NCBI GenBank assembly: GCA_023265395.1
Contig: JAHFTX010000008.1
Span: 9,604 to 73,603 of the forward strand
From: Thermoplasmata archaeon
Lineage (GTDB): Archaea > Thermoplasmatota > DTKX01 > JAHFTX01
Length of the DNA: 64,000 nucleotides
Direction: 5' to 3'
Below the pieces are notes generated by a model. That model was not told where the DNA came from, searched no databases, and worked only from the letters and a program-made list of their open reading frames with translations. Shown piece after piece: positions 9,863-18,919 of the stretch. The position numbers and the translations under genes are program-made. The first letter of the stretch is position 1. Each line of letters begins with the position of its first letter.

Positions 9863-11011
9863 GTGTGGCGCCCCTCGTACAGGGTTTTCCTCCAGGGCGG
9901 GGCGATGACCCGCTTTGGCAAGCGGCCCGAGTCGTTGCTGGGGATCGCCCGGGCCGCTACTGATTCACTGCTCGCCGCAACCGACGCCCGACCAGACTAC
10001 CTGCTCGTCTCAAACTTCAATGCCGAGCAGTTCTGCGGCCTGAGCAACCTGCCCTTGCGCATCGCTTCACACCAGGGGCTGCCGTCCCTCCCCGGCGCCC
10101 GGGTCGAGGCGACCAGCGCCAGCGGGGGAGCGGCAGTGCAACAGGGCGCCGCGCTCATCGGCGCAGGACTTGCCCAGCAGGTGTTGGTGGTTGGCGTAGA
10201 GAAGATGACCCACGTTCCGACCGCCACCGCCACCGCCATCCTTGGCCAGGTGCTGCACCCTTCGGAGGTCGCCGCAGGGCTGTCGATGCCGGCGGTCGCT
10301 GCGGTCGCGACGCGCCTCTGGCTGACCACAGTTCCAGGAGCGTCCATGGCCGCGCTCAGCGCGGTCGCGACGAAGAATCACGCCAACGCGGTGCACAACC
10401 CCTTCGCTCATTTCCAGACGGCGCTCGGTCCGCAGGACCTGGCCTCCAGTCCGCTGGTCGCCGAGCCGCTGCGCCGACATGACTGCGCCCCCCTGTCCGA
10501 TGGCGCTGCGACCCTGCTCCTGGGCGCCGACTCCTCCGATGTCGAGGTGGTGGGCATGGGGGCCGCCAGCCAACCGCTGGCCCTCGCCGACCGGCCATCG
10601 CCACTGGAGGGCAAGGCCACCGCTGTTGCGGGGGGCGCTGCCCTTGCACAGGCGGGGCGAGAGGCCTCGCAGGTCGAGGTCGCCGAGATTCATGACGCCT
10701 TCACCATACTCGAACTCCTCTCCCTCGAGGACCTTGGGCTGCTCCCCAAAGGCACAGCTCACGAAGCGACGCTCGAGGGCATCACATCGATCGATGGGCG
10801 GCTTCCGACCAACCCCAGCGGGGGCCTCAAGGCACGGGGACATCCGATCGGGGCCAGTGGCGTCGCGCAGGTCATCGAGGTCGCCGCGCAGTTGCGCGGC
10901 GAGTGCGGTGGGCGGCAAGTGGGCAAGGGTCGTCGTCCGAACCTTGGCCTGGCCCATGCCATCGGGGGTTTTGGTGCCGCCAGCACGGTCACCCTGCTCG
11001 CGCGCCGCTAG
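9863..11011 (+). CDS. Archaeal thiolase family protein (acetyl-CoA acyltransferase, SCP2-thiolase-like)
   Basis: GAMTRFGK, RVEATSASGGAA, VVGVEKMTH, KNH.NA..NP.AHF, C.PLSDGAA, AEIHDAFT, NPSGGLKARGHPIGASG. Start approximate (GTG 9863). Confidence 0.88.
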   Translation: MWRPSYRVFLQGGAMTRFGKRPESLLGIARAATDSLLAATDARPDYLLVSNFNAEQFCGLSNLPLRIASHQGLPSLPGARVEATSASGGAAVQQGAALIGAGLAQQVLVVGVEKMTHVPTATATAILGQVLHPSEVAAGLSMPAVAAVATRLWLTTVPGASMAALSAVATKNHANAVHNPFAHFQTALGPQDLASSPLVAEPLRRHDCAPLSDGAATLLLGADSSDVEVVGMGAASQPLALADRPSPLEGKATAVAGGAALAQAGREASQVEVAEIHDAFTILELLSLEDLGLLPKGTAHEATLEGITSIDGRLPTNPSGGLKARGHPIGASGVAQVIEVAAQLRGECGGRQVGKGRRPNLGLAHAIGGFGAASTVTLLARR

Positions 11012-11044
11012 TGCAGGGTCACCTTTATCGCCCCGCCCGGGCGA

Positions 11045-11713
11045 GTGAGTCTCGTGCGCATCGACCTGCACAGCCACACCCAGTACTCGCCCGATTCAAC
11101 ATCCCCCGTGCACGAGGTGCTCCAGGCGGCGCGCAAGTCAGGCCTCGATGGGATCGCGATCACCGACCACAACGCGATCGAAGGGAGCCTCAAGGCGGTG
11201 GAGATTGCTTCGGGGCTGCTGGTGGTCCCGGCTGTCGAGGTCTCCACAACAGAGGGTCATCTGATTGGTCTGGGGGTGCGCACCATCATCCGAGCGGGTC
11301 TGAGCGTCGTCGAAACCGCAGAGCAGATCCGGGCCCAGGGCGGGTTGCCCATCGCCGCCCACCCTTGGAGGCGTCGAACCGGGATGGGTCCCCAGGGCAT
11401 CAGCGCCGCGCATATCGAGGTCATCGAGACCTTCAACGCCCGCACCTGGTCACGCAACAACGCGCAGGCGTTGCGGTTTGCCCAAGAGGGTCATCAAGGA
11501 CAAAGCGGTGGGAGTGACGCCCACACGATCGAGGAGGTCGGGGCCGGCTACGTCGAGCTCCCATATCCTGTGTCGGATGCCGACACGCTCATCGAGGCGC
11601 TTCGGAAGGGGGACGGGCAGGGCCGGGGAGTCCAACGGGGCATGGGTGCCGTCGCCACCACGACCTCCTTCAATGTCGGCCGGTGGCTAAGGCGCGGCGG
11701 GAAGAATATCTGA
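11045..11713 (+). CDS. PHP-domain metal-dependent phosphoesterase
   Basis: DLHSHT.YS.D, AITDHN, EVST..GH, AAHP, IETFN, GGSDAH. Confidence 0.9.
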   Translation: MSLVRIDLHSHTQYSPDSTSPVHEVLQAARKSGLDGIAITDHNAIEGSLKAVEIASGLLVVPAVEVSTTEGHLIGLGVRTIIRAGLSVVETAEQIRAQGGLPIAAHPWRRRTGMGPQGISAAHIEVIETFNARTWSRNNAQALRFAQEGHQGQSGGSDAHTIEEVGAGYVELPYPVSDADTLIEALRKGDGQGRGVQRGMGAVATTTSFNVGRWLRRGGKNI

Positions 11714-11749
11714 GCCTGTCACATGCCCGAGGTCCCTGGGCCACTTCGC

Positions 11750-11826
11750 TTTTAAGGTTCTTTAAATACTCACCCATAAAGCAGGCCATTTGGCCGCCGT
11801 GAGCGGGTTGGTCTATGCTTATATAC
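11750..11826 (+). promoter_or_regulatory. Multiple TATA-box elements upstream of tbp
   Basis: TTTTAAG (11750), TTTAAATA (11761-11768) and TTATATAC (11819-11826) in otherwise GC-rich DNA. Confidence 0.6.
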
Positions 11827-11836
11827 TGGTAGCAGG

Positions 11837-12412
11837 GTGGCGGGAAAGGGGATCGACCTGCCGAACCCTACCATCAAGATTGAGAACGTGGTCGCTTCGA
11901 CTGCGCTGGGCAGCGCGCTTGACCTTCAGACCATCGCATTGTCGCTGGTTGACGCCGAGTACGAGCCCGAACAGTTTCCCGGGCTCATCTACCGGATGAA
12001 GAAGCCCAAGACCGCCACCTTGATCTTCCGAAGCGGCAAGGTCGTCTGCACCGGTGGTAAGTCCTTGCTGGACGTCCAGACGGCGATCGCCCATGTGATC
12101 ACGGAGATCGAGAAGGCTGGTATCTCCGTCAACCGCAACCCCGAGATCATCATCCAGAACATCGTCGCCAGCGCTGACCTGGGCTCGAAGATCAACCTCA
12201 ACGCCATCGCCATCAGTCTCGGCCTCGACAAGGTCGAGTACGAGCCCGAACAGTTCCCCGGCCTCGTCTACCGTCTCGACCACCCCAAGGTGGTCCTGCT
12301 CCTCTTCGGCAGCGGGAAGCTCGTCTGCACCGGGGCCAAGAAGCCCTCCGATGTCGACGAGGCCGTCGACAAGATCACCATCGAGCTACGCGACGCGGGC
12401 CTGCTCCAGTAG
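11837..12412 (+). CDS. tbp: TATA-box-binding protein
   Basis: Two direct repeats of I.N.VAS...YEPEQFPGL.YR...PK...L.F.SGK.VCTG.K. Confidence 0.98.
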   Translation: MAGKGIDLPNPTIKIENVVASTALGSALDLQTIALSLVDAEYEPEQFPGLIYRMKKPKTATLIFRSGKVVCTGGKSLLDVQTAIAHVITEIEKAGISVNRNPEIIIQNIVASADLGSKINLNAIAISLGLDKVEYEPEQFPGLVYRLDHPKVVLLLFGSGKLVCTGAKKPSDVDEAVDKITIELRDAGLLQ

Positions 12413-12460
12413 TCTTGTGCGCAGCACGCGCGCGGGCCCTCGCTCGCAGGAGGGTTCGTC

Positions 12461-13318
12461 ATGGGCCGCACGCCACTGGATGGGTATGACGGGCCAGTCC
12501 TCGACAACCACTTCCACCTCGACGACGCGGGGGCAAACGTCGCAGCTGCCGCGGAGTTCCAGCGGGCTGGCGGCACCCACCTGCTGCTGGTGCACAAGCC
12601 TTCATGGCACGAGGTGGACCGCCCCACACTCGAGGAGAGCTACGCAGCGACGATCCGCATGGCGGGACGGCTTCGGGCCGAACTCGGATTGGTCGTCGGC
12701 GTGTGCCTTGGCCCGCATCCGGCCTTCGTCTCCGTCCTGCGGGACCGGCTGAGCCTCCAGGAGCGCAGGGCGTTCCTGAGGATGGGCGTCGAGCTGGCGG
12801 CGCAGTACGTCCAGGAAGGGGAGGCTGTCGCCATCGGCGAGGTCGGCCGTCCGCACTATCCCGTCCCTGCGGAGGAGCAGGCGCTCTCGGAGGAGGCGCT
12901 GCTGCTGGCGGCGCAGCGCGCCAAAGAGGTCGAATGCCCACTGATCCTGCATACGGAGGAGGCCAGCGCCCAGACCTACGCCTTCCTTGCGCAGATCGCC
13001 GACGCGGCGGGATTGCCCCGCGCCCGCATGGTCAAGCACTTCGCCGGCCCACAAGTGCTGCCGGAGGAGAACCTCGGCCTGCTGCCCTCGGTCCTGGCGT
13101 CACGTCAGAACGTCGACGCTGCAGCGGACAAGAGCGATCGCTTCCTGCTGGAGACCGACTACCTCGACGACCCGAGACGGCCCGGAGCGGTACTCGGGCC
13201 GCGCAGCGTCCCCAAGGCCTGCGCGCGGTTGCTGGCGCGCGGATGGGATTCCGAGCGCTTGTGCCGACTCCATCTGCAGGGGATCAATGGCCTCTACCGC
13301 CTGCCCCCGGGGCGTTGA
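12461..13318 (+). CDS. TatD-family metal-dependent hydrolase (archaeal type)
   Basis: DNHFH, GPHPA, AIGEVGRPHYPV, LHTE, VKHF, FLLETDYLDDPRRPGAVLGP. Confidence 0.88.
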   Translation: MGRTPLDGYDGPVLDNHFHLDDAGANVAAAAEFQRAGGTHLLLVHKPSWHEVDRPTLEESYAATIRMAGRLRAELGLVVGVCLGPHPAFVSVLRDRLSLQERRAFLRMGVELAAQYVQEGEAVAIGEVGRPHYPVPAEEQALSEEALLLAAQRAKEVECPLILHTEEASAQTYAFLAQIADAAGLPRARMVKHFAGPQVLPEENLGLLPSVLASRQNVDAAADKSDRFLLETDYLDDPRRPGAVLGPRSVPKACARLLARGWDSERLCRLHLQGINGLYRLPPGR

Positions 13319-13324
13319 GGCCAC

Positions 13325-14053
13325 CTACGTGGTGGGCGGGGTCAGCTTGGCCAAGAAGGCGCCCAGGGCATCGCCGTCGATCTCCTGGTAGCCGCCGTCG
13401 GTCGAGAGCACGGCCAGCTCGAGGTTGTCGACGGTCAAGTCCTCATCGTACTGGTCAGCGATGGCATGGAGGGCTAGCTCGATCGCCTCGTCCTTGGTCA
13501 GTCCCTTGTGCCAGTGCACCTCGAGGTAGGCCTGTACCTTGGCGGTACCTCGGCCTATCCCCCCCGCGTAGATGGACCGGTAGGCACCGCTGGGGTCGGT
13601 CTCAAAGAGCGCCGGCACCCCTGCGTCGATCCCGCAGATCAGGAGCGCAGCCCCAAAGGGGCGAACGCCACCGTGTTGGGTGTAGCCTTGCTTGACCTCG
13701 CAGATTGCCCGGGCGAGCATGCCCACAGGGAGCTCCTCGCTGTAGCGGATGCGGTTGTTCTGGCACTCGACCCGGGCGATGTCGATGAGCACACGGCTAT
13801 CGGCCACCAGCCCGCTGCTGGCGACGGCGATGTGCTGGTCGATCACATACAGCTTCTTGGTGTGTGCCGGCTCGATGAGGCGCGAGTGAATCCGCCGCTC
13901 GGCCAGGAGCACGACGCCATTGTCATAGAGGACGCCCAAGGCGGTCGCCCCGCGCTTGACCGATTCGCGGGCGTACTCGACCTGGAAGATCCGGCCCTCA
14001 GGAGAGATGATGGTGATGCCGAAGTCGTAGTCCTGGTCTTCGTGCTCGGGCAT
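13325..14053 (-). CDS. psmA: 20S proteasome subunit alpha (divergent N-terminal gate)
   Basis: YD..IT..SPEGRIFQVEYARE.VKRG, SGLVADSR, YTQHGGVRPFGAALL, LFETDPSG. ATG 14053 lies about 25 nt from a TTTTATATA box, consistent with a leaderless mRNA. Confidence 0.93.
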   Translation of the reverse strand: MPEHEDQDYDFGITIISPEGRIFQVEYARESVKRGATALGVLYDNGVVLLAERRIHSRLIEPAHTKKLYVIDQHIAVASSGLVADSRVLIDIARVECQNNRIRYSEELPVGMLARAICEVKQGYTQHGGVRPFGAALLICGIDAGVPALFETDPSGAYRSIYAGGIGRGTAKVQAYLEVHWHKGLTKDEAIELALHAIADQYDEDLTVDNLELAVLSTDGGYQEIDGDALGAFLAKLTPPTT

Positions 14054-14076
14054 CGAAGCGCCGACGGCACCGGTGC

Positions 14077-14085
14077 TATATAAAA
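14077..14085. promoter_or_regulatory. TATA box between the divergent psmA gene and his operon
   Basis: TATATAAAA on + strand, TTTTATATA on - strand. Confidence 0.7.
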
Positions 14086-14155
14086 GGCCATCGTGGAGCC
14101 CGCAGCTCTGCCGAGCCTGGGCCACCATGGCGCTCCCCGATGGGCCGCTCCGGGC

Positions 14156-14185
14156 ACAACCGGCCGAGGGCCGGTGGTCTTTTTT
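14156..14185 (+). terminator. Hairpin plus T6 tract in the his operon leader (candidate attenuator)
   Basis: ACCGGCC-GAG-GGCCGGT stem (14159-14175) followed by GGTC-TTTTTT, upstream of the hisG SD sequence GAGGTG. Confidence 0.45.
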
Positions 14186-14205
14186 GGTGGTCGAGAGGTG
14201 TGGCG

Positions 14206-15075
14206 ATGATGCACCTGCGGATTGCGGTCCCCAACAAGGGTCGGCTGGCCACTCCCGCCATCGAGTTGCTCAAGGCCATCGGCCTGCCCCTAGAGGAGAG
14301 CGTGCTTACCGACCGAAAGCTCCTGGCCAAGGTGGGCAAAGGGCAGACCGTGCTGCTGGCCCGTGCGGCGGACATCCCCCAGTATGTCGCCGGCGGGGCG
14401 GCCGATGTCGGGATCACGGGGGTCGACCTCCTCGAGGAATCGGCCGCGGCAGTCGAGAGACTTCAGCCGCTGGGCTTTGGGCGCTGCCGTCTGGACGTCG
14501 CGGTCCCCCAGGACTCGCCGATCACCACCCTCACGCAGATCCCCCCAGGCTCGGTGGTCGCGACCTCCTTCCCTGCGGTCGTCGAGCGGCATTTCGCTGC
14601 TGCGGGACTGCCCGTGACGGTACGCACCGTCAGCGGGGCGACCGAGGTCACCACCCACATCGGGGTCGCTGACCTGATAGTCGATCTGACGGCCAGCGGG
14701 ACGACCCTGCAGCAGAACCAACTCCGGGAGATCGGCACGATCCTCCAAAGTGAGGCGGTGCTCGTGGGCAACCCGACCTTCGTCGCAGCCCACGCGTCCG
14801 AAGTCGCCGAGCTGACCGCCACCATCCGTTCGGTCCTCGATGCCCGCCTGAGGCGCTACCTGATGGCAAACGTCCCCCGGGCACGCCTCGAAGCGGTGCG
14901 AGAGGTGCTGCCTGGACTGGACGGGCCGACGGTGATGGATCTGATGGGCCGCCCCGACTGGGTCGCGATTCACGCCGTCGCGGGTGAGCGCGAGGTCAAT
15001 GGAATCGTCGCTGCGTTGCGCTCTCTGGGAGCGACGGGTATCCTGGTGATGCCCATCGAGCGGATGGTCCCGTAA
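14206..15075 (+). CDS. hisG: ATP phosphoribosyltransferase (long form)
   Basis: IAVPNKGRL, RAADIP.YV..G.ADVGITG.D, GATE, DLT.SGTTL..N.L, C-terminal LPGL.GPT...IER. SD GAGGTG. Confidence 0.96.
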   Translation: MMHLRIAVPNKGRLATPAIELLKAIGLPLEESVLTDRKLLAKVGKGQTVLLARAADIPQYVAGGAADVGITGVDLLEESAAAVERLQPLGFGRCRLDVAVPQDSPITTLTQIPPGSVVATSFPAVVERHFAAAGLPVTVRTVSGATEVTTHIGVADLIVDLTASGTTLQQNQLREIGTILQSEAVLVGNPTFVAAHASEVAELTATIRSVLDARLRRYLMANVPRARLEAVREVLPGLDGPTVMDLMGRPDWVAIHAVAGEREVNGIVAALRSLGATGILVMPIERMVP

Positions 15076-15098
15076 GGACGGGGCCAGGAGCCGAGTGG

Positions 15099-16400
15099 AT
15101 GTACGTCGGTCCGGTCGAGGGTCTGCCAGCAGGATTGCGAGCTCTGCTCTTCGACCGGGAGGCAGTCATCCGCGCGGCCGAGCGCGCGGTCGTTCCCATC
15201 ATCGAAGCCGTGCGCCGTGAGGGCGACCTCGCGCTCTTGCGCCTGACCAAGGAATTCGACGGCGTCGAGCTGCAGGCGACGGACCTGGCGTTGGACCCTC
15301 GAGGCCTTGCCGACCCGACACCCGAGCTCCCCAAGATGGTGCTTGCCGCCACGGAGACCGCGATGACGCGAGTGATAGCCTATCACCGACGCCAATGGTC
15401 CGTGCGCCAGCTCGAAGCCGATGGTGCCACGGGGCGATGGACCGTTCCCGTCGATTCGGTGGGTCACTACGTCCCCGGCGGCCGTGCCGCCTATCCCTCC
15501 TCGGCAATCATGACTCTGGCCCCCTCGCTGGTCGCGGGCGTCAGAGAGCGGCACCTGTGCACGCCGCCGACCGCATCGGGCCGCGTGCACCCTCTGACGC
15601 TATGGGTCGCACGGCGCATGGGCGTGACATCCCTCCACCTGGTCGGGGGCGCGCAGGCGATCGCCGCGATGGCGCTTGGGACGCCTTCGGTGGCTCGGGT
15701 CGACCGGATCGTCGGACCGGGTAACGCCTACGTGGTGGCGGCCAAGCGGGCGCTGCGCCACGAGGTCGAGAGTGACTCCTACAGCGGTCCTTCGGAGCTC
15801 CTCGTCATCGCCGATCACAGTGCGACCCCGCATGCTGCTGCCATCGCCGCCGACCTCATCGCCCAAGCAGAGCATGACCCCGCTGCCAGCGTGGTGCTGT
15901 TGACCGACAGCGAGGCCGTGCTCGACTCCGTCACCGCCCAGGTGCGGGAGCAGCTTGCGGATCTCCCGCAGGGGAAGACTGCCAGCGCAGCAATGGCCTC
16001 GGGCGGTGCGCTGCTGCTCTTGCCCGATCTCCCGTCGATGGTCGCTTGGGCGGAGCGTTTCGCGCCCGAGCATCTGAGCCTGCTGGTCGCCGCACCAGAG
16101 CACGTGCTCCCCCAGTTGCGCCACGCCGGCGCCATCTTCGTCGGCCCCGAATCGGCGGTCGCCTTGGGGGACTATGTTGCCGGGCCCAACCATGTCCTGC
16201 CGACCGGTGGCGCTGCAGCGCGGCACAGCGGGCTGTCGGTCGACTCCGTCAGCCGCTCCTTCTGCGTGGTGCGCATCGACGCTGCGACACTCTCGCAACT
16301 GGGGCCCGTCGCAGTAACATTGGCGCGCCTGGAGGGACTCGAGGGCCATGCCCGATCCCTCGAGGTGCGGCTCCAATCCGTGCCGGAGCCGCGGAGATGA
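15099..16400 (+). CDS. hisD: Histidinol dehydrogenase
   Basis: VG.YVPGG.AAYPSS, GGAQAIAA.A.GT, GPGNAYV..AK, GPSE, QAEHDP, APEHL, GDY.AGPNHVLPT. Confidence 0.96.
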   Translation: MYVGPVEGLPAGLRALLFDREAVIRAAERAVVPIIEAVRREGDLALLRLTKEFDGVELQATDLALDPRGLADPTPELPKMVLAATETAMTRVIAYHRRQWSVRQLEADGATGRWTVPVDSVGHYVPGGRAAYPSSAIMTLAPSLVAGVRERHLCTPPTASGRVHPLTLWVARRMGVTSLHLVGGAQAIAAMALGTPSVARVDRIVGPGNAYVVAAKRALRHEVESDSYSGPSELLVIADHSATPHAAAIAADLIAQAEHDPAASVVLLTDSEAVLDSVTAQVREQLADLPQGKTASAAMASGGALLLLPDLPSMVAWAERFAPEHLSLLVAAPEHVLPQLRHAGAIFVGPESAVALGDYVAGPNHVLPTGGAAARHSGLSVDSVSRSFCVVRIDAATLSQLGPVAVTLARLEGLEGHARSLEVRLQSVPEPRR

Positions 16401-17512
16401 GCGTCCCTCCCCTCGATGGCGCAGCCCTGGCATCAGCCCTAGCGCGCCCAGCGATTGTCGGGATGACCCCGCAGCGCTACCCCGACCCCTCGGGGCTGCG
16501 GCTGGATCTCAACACCAACCTCTTCGGGCCCAACCCGGCAGTGGCGCAGGTGGCCGCCGCACTGGCTGAGGGGCGGCTCGACCTCACCCAGTACCCCCAA
16601 AGCGATGCAGCTGGCCTGCGCAGCGCCTACGCGAAGCATCTCCACGTCGGGCCGGAGCAGCTCTGCTTCGGCAATGGGTCCGATGAGATGATCGACCTGC
16701 TGTTCAAGGCCTACGTCGATCCCACCGAGGTCGTCGCGTGGGCTGTCCCGACCTTCTCGATGTACCGGTTCTACGCCACGGTGGCTGGTGCCCGGGTCGT
16801 TGAAGCGTCGTTCGGTCCCTCCTTCAGCCTGCCCGAGGAGGAACTGCTGGCAGCCCGACCCAAGGTCCTGGTGCTGTGCAGTCCAAACAATCCGACCGGG
16901 AGCGCAGTCGCGACGTCGCAGGTGTACCGTTTGGCGACCCTGCTACGGGATCGCCCCACTGCCGAGGGCGGGCCGGGGTTGCTGGTGCTCGATGAGGCGT
17001 ACGGAGAGTTCGGCGGTGCCCACCATGCCTCATCGATCGCCGCGCATCCCAACCTCGTGGTGCTGCGCACCCTGAGCAAGGCGATGGGCCTTGCCGGAGC
17101 GCGAATCGGGATGGCGATAGCCGATGGGGCGGTGATGGATCGAATCGCAGCGGTCAAGCCGCCCTTCAACCTCAACGAGGTCTCCATCGCGTTGGCCCAT
17201 GCGGCCCTCGACCATCTCCCCTGGGTCGAACAGGTCGCCATGACCGTCGTTCAGGAACGCCAGTGGTTGGCGCAACAGTTGCAGTCCCGTGGGTATGTCG
17301 TCCACCCGAGCAGTGCCAACTTCCTCTTGGTGCGACCCCCCGGTGAGGTCGATGAGGTGGTGCGACGACTGGCCGCCGCAGGCCTCGTGGTGCGCCACTT
17401 CCCCCACCAGCCGGCGCTCGCTGGTCACGTGCGGCTGACGGTGCCGCCGCGGGAGGTCGGGCAGCGTCTGCTTGCGGTGATCGACACGATGGGGGGGTCC
17501 GATGGCCGCTAG
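16397..17512 (+). CDS. hisC: Histidinol-phosphate aminotransferase
   Basis: GNGSDE, PTFSMY, CSPNNPTG, DEAY.EF, RTLSKA.GLAG.RIG. ATGA overlap with the hisD stop. Confidence 0.95.
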   Translation: MSVPPLDGAALASALARPAIVGMTPQRYPDPSGLRLDLNTNLFGPNPAVAQVAAALAEGRLDLTQYPQSDAAGLRSAYAKHLHVGPEQLCFGNGSDEMIDLLFKAYVDPTEVVAWAVPTFSMYRFYATVAGARVVEASFGPSFSLPEEELLAARPKVLVLCSPNNPTGSAVATSQVYRLATLLRDRPTAEGGPGLLVLDEAYGEFGGAHHASSIAAHPNLVVLRTLSKAMGLAGARIGMAIADGAVMDRIAAVKPPFNLNEVSIALAHAALDHLPWVEQVAMTVVQERQWLAQQLQSRGYVVHPSSANFLLVRPPGEVDEVVRRLAAAGLVVRHFPHQPALAGHVRLTVPPREVGQRLLAVIDTMGGSDGR

Positions 17513-18188
17513 GGTGTCACCGCTCCGGGTGCATCTGTTCGACTACGGAGTCGGCAACATCCACAGCATCAGCAAGGCGCTGAGGGCGGTGGGTGCACAC
17601 GTGACGATTGTCAGCGATCCCGAGCGGTTGGTGGGCGCCCGCGCAATCGTTCTTCCCGGTGTCGGGGCCTTTGGTGCGGCGATCGATGCCCTGGCACCGA
17701 CCCCCCGACTCCGCAGCGCCCTGCGCCTGCGCCTCTTGAGCAGCACAGCCCCGCCGACCCTGGGTGTGTGCGTCGGGTTTCAGGTCCTGTGCCGCTCGTC
17801 AGAGGAATCGCGGGGCGCAGGCGTAGGAGTGTTCCCGACGGCCGTGCGACGACTGCGGCGGCCACCGGTGCCACACATGGGCTGGGCGCTGGTGACTCCT
17901 CGCAAGGGTCGGGGCATTGCGGCGCTGCGCTCCGCGCACCCCGCGCTGCGGACCCTCCCGTCCCCTCCTTATCTCTACTACGCACACAGCTATGGTCCCC
18001 GCGTAGACCGGTACACCCTGGCGCAGACGGTCCATGGCGTGCCCTTCGGAGCGATTGCCGCACGCGGCAGGGTCCTGGGCGTCCAGTTCCACCCTGAGAA
18101 ATCCGCAGGGGTGGGCCTGGCGCTGTTGCGCGGCTGGGCGAAATGGGCGAGCGCCATCGTGCGCGGCGACCCAGGAGGGGAGCGATGA
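17502..18188 (+). CDS. hisH: Imidazole glycerol phosphate synthase, glutaminase subunit
   Basis: DYGVGN..S, LPGVGAF, LGVCVG.Q, PHMGW, QFHPEKS. Confidence 0.95.
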   Translation: MAARVSPLRVHLFDYGVGNIHSISKALRAVGAHVTIVSDPERLVGARAIVLPGVGAFGAAIDALAPTPRLRSALRLRLLSSTAPPTLGVCVGFQVLCRSSEESRGAGVGVFPTAVRRLRRPPVPHMGWALVTPRKGRGIAALRSAHPALRTLPSPPYLYYAHSYGPRVDRYTLAQTVHGVPFGAIAARGRVLGVQFHPEKSAGVGLALLRGWAKWASAIVRGDPGGER

Positions 18189-18919
18189 AAGTCGTCCCGG
18201 CCGTCGACCTCCTCCATGGCCACTGCGTCCAGCTGCGCGGGGGCGATCCCTCGGCGATGCTCGTGGACCTGCCCGATGCGGAGGCCGCTCTGGCTCACTG
18301 GATCGATGCGCGGGCGCCCGCCATCCACCTCGTCGACCTCGATGCGGCGTTCGGCGAGGCACCCCAACGCAGCCTCGTCGCCTGGCTGCTCCAACGTGCG
18401 GGAGCTGCCTTGGTGCCGGTCACGGTCGGCGGTGGGGTGCGCGACGACCTGATGGTGGCATCATTGTTGCAGGCGGGTGCCCAGCGGGTCATACTCGGAA
18501 CCGCAGCGCTTTCCGACCTCCAGTGGTTCGGTTGGCTGAGTAGGCACCACCCAGATCGGCTGGTACTGGCCCTCGATCATCGCGGGGGCGAGGTCGTGAC
18601 CCGTGGTTGGACCTCCCTCAGCGGCCATGCCGTTCTGGACGTCCTCGAGAAGACCGCCGACCTCCCCATCGCGGGGGTGCTGGTCACCGACGTCTCGGTC
18701 GAGGGCGGATTGGGCGGAATCGTCGAATCCCATGTCGCGCCCATCGCGACGGCTGCCAAGCGCATGGGGATACGGATGATCCACAGCGGGGGAATCTCCA
18801 CGGTCGAAGACCTCGAGACCCTCGAGCGCTTGGGCGTCGACGAATCTGTCGTTGGCTCGGCGTTTTATACCGGGCGGCTCCCTGGGACACTCTGGGAGGA
18901 GGCACGATGGCGCGAGTAG
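18185..18919 (+). CDS. hisA: ProFAR isomerase
   Basis: PAVDL..G.CVQL..G, HLVDLD.A, VGGGVR, TD...EG.L.G, SGGI....DL, VG.AFY. Confidence 0.93.
   Translation: MKVVPAVDLLHGHCVQLRGGDPSAMLVDLPDAEAALAHWIDARAPAIHLVDLDAAFGEAPQRSLVAWLLQRAGAALVPVTVGGGVRDDLMVASLLQAGAQRVILGTAALSDLQWFGWLSRHHPDRLVLALDHRGGEVVTRGWTSLSGHAVLDVLEKTADLPIAGVLVTDVSVEGGLGGIVESHVAPIATAAKRMGIRMIHSGGISTVEDLETLERLGVDESVVGSAFYTGRLPGTLWEEARWRE

Noticed and set aside
14100-14111. 12-mer CCGCAGCTCTGC shared by the his leader and the leader at 29785-29796
   Set aside because: About one such match is expected by chance among GC-rich intergenic sequence, and the downstream genes are unrelated.
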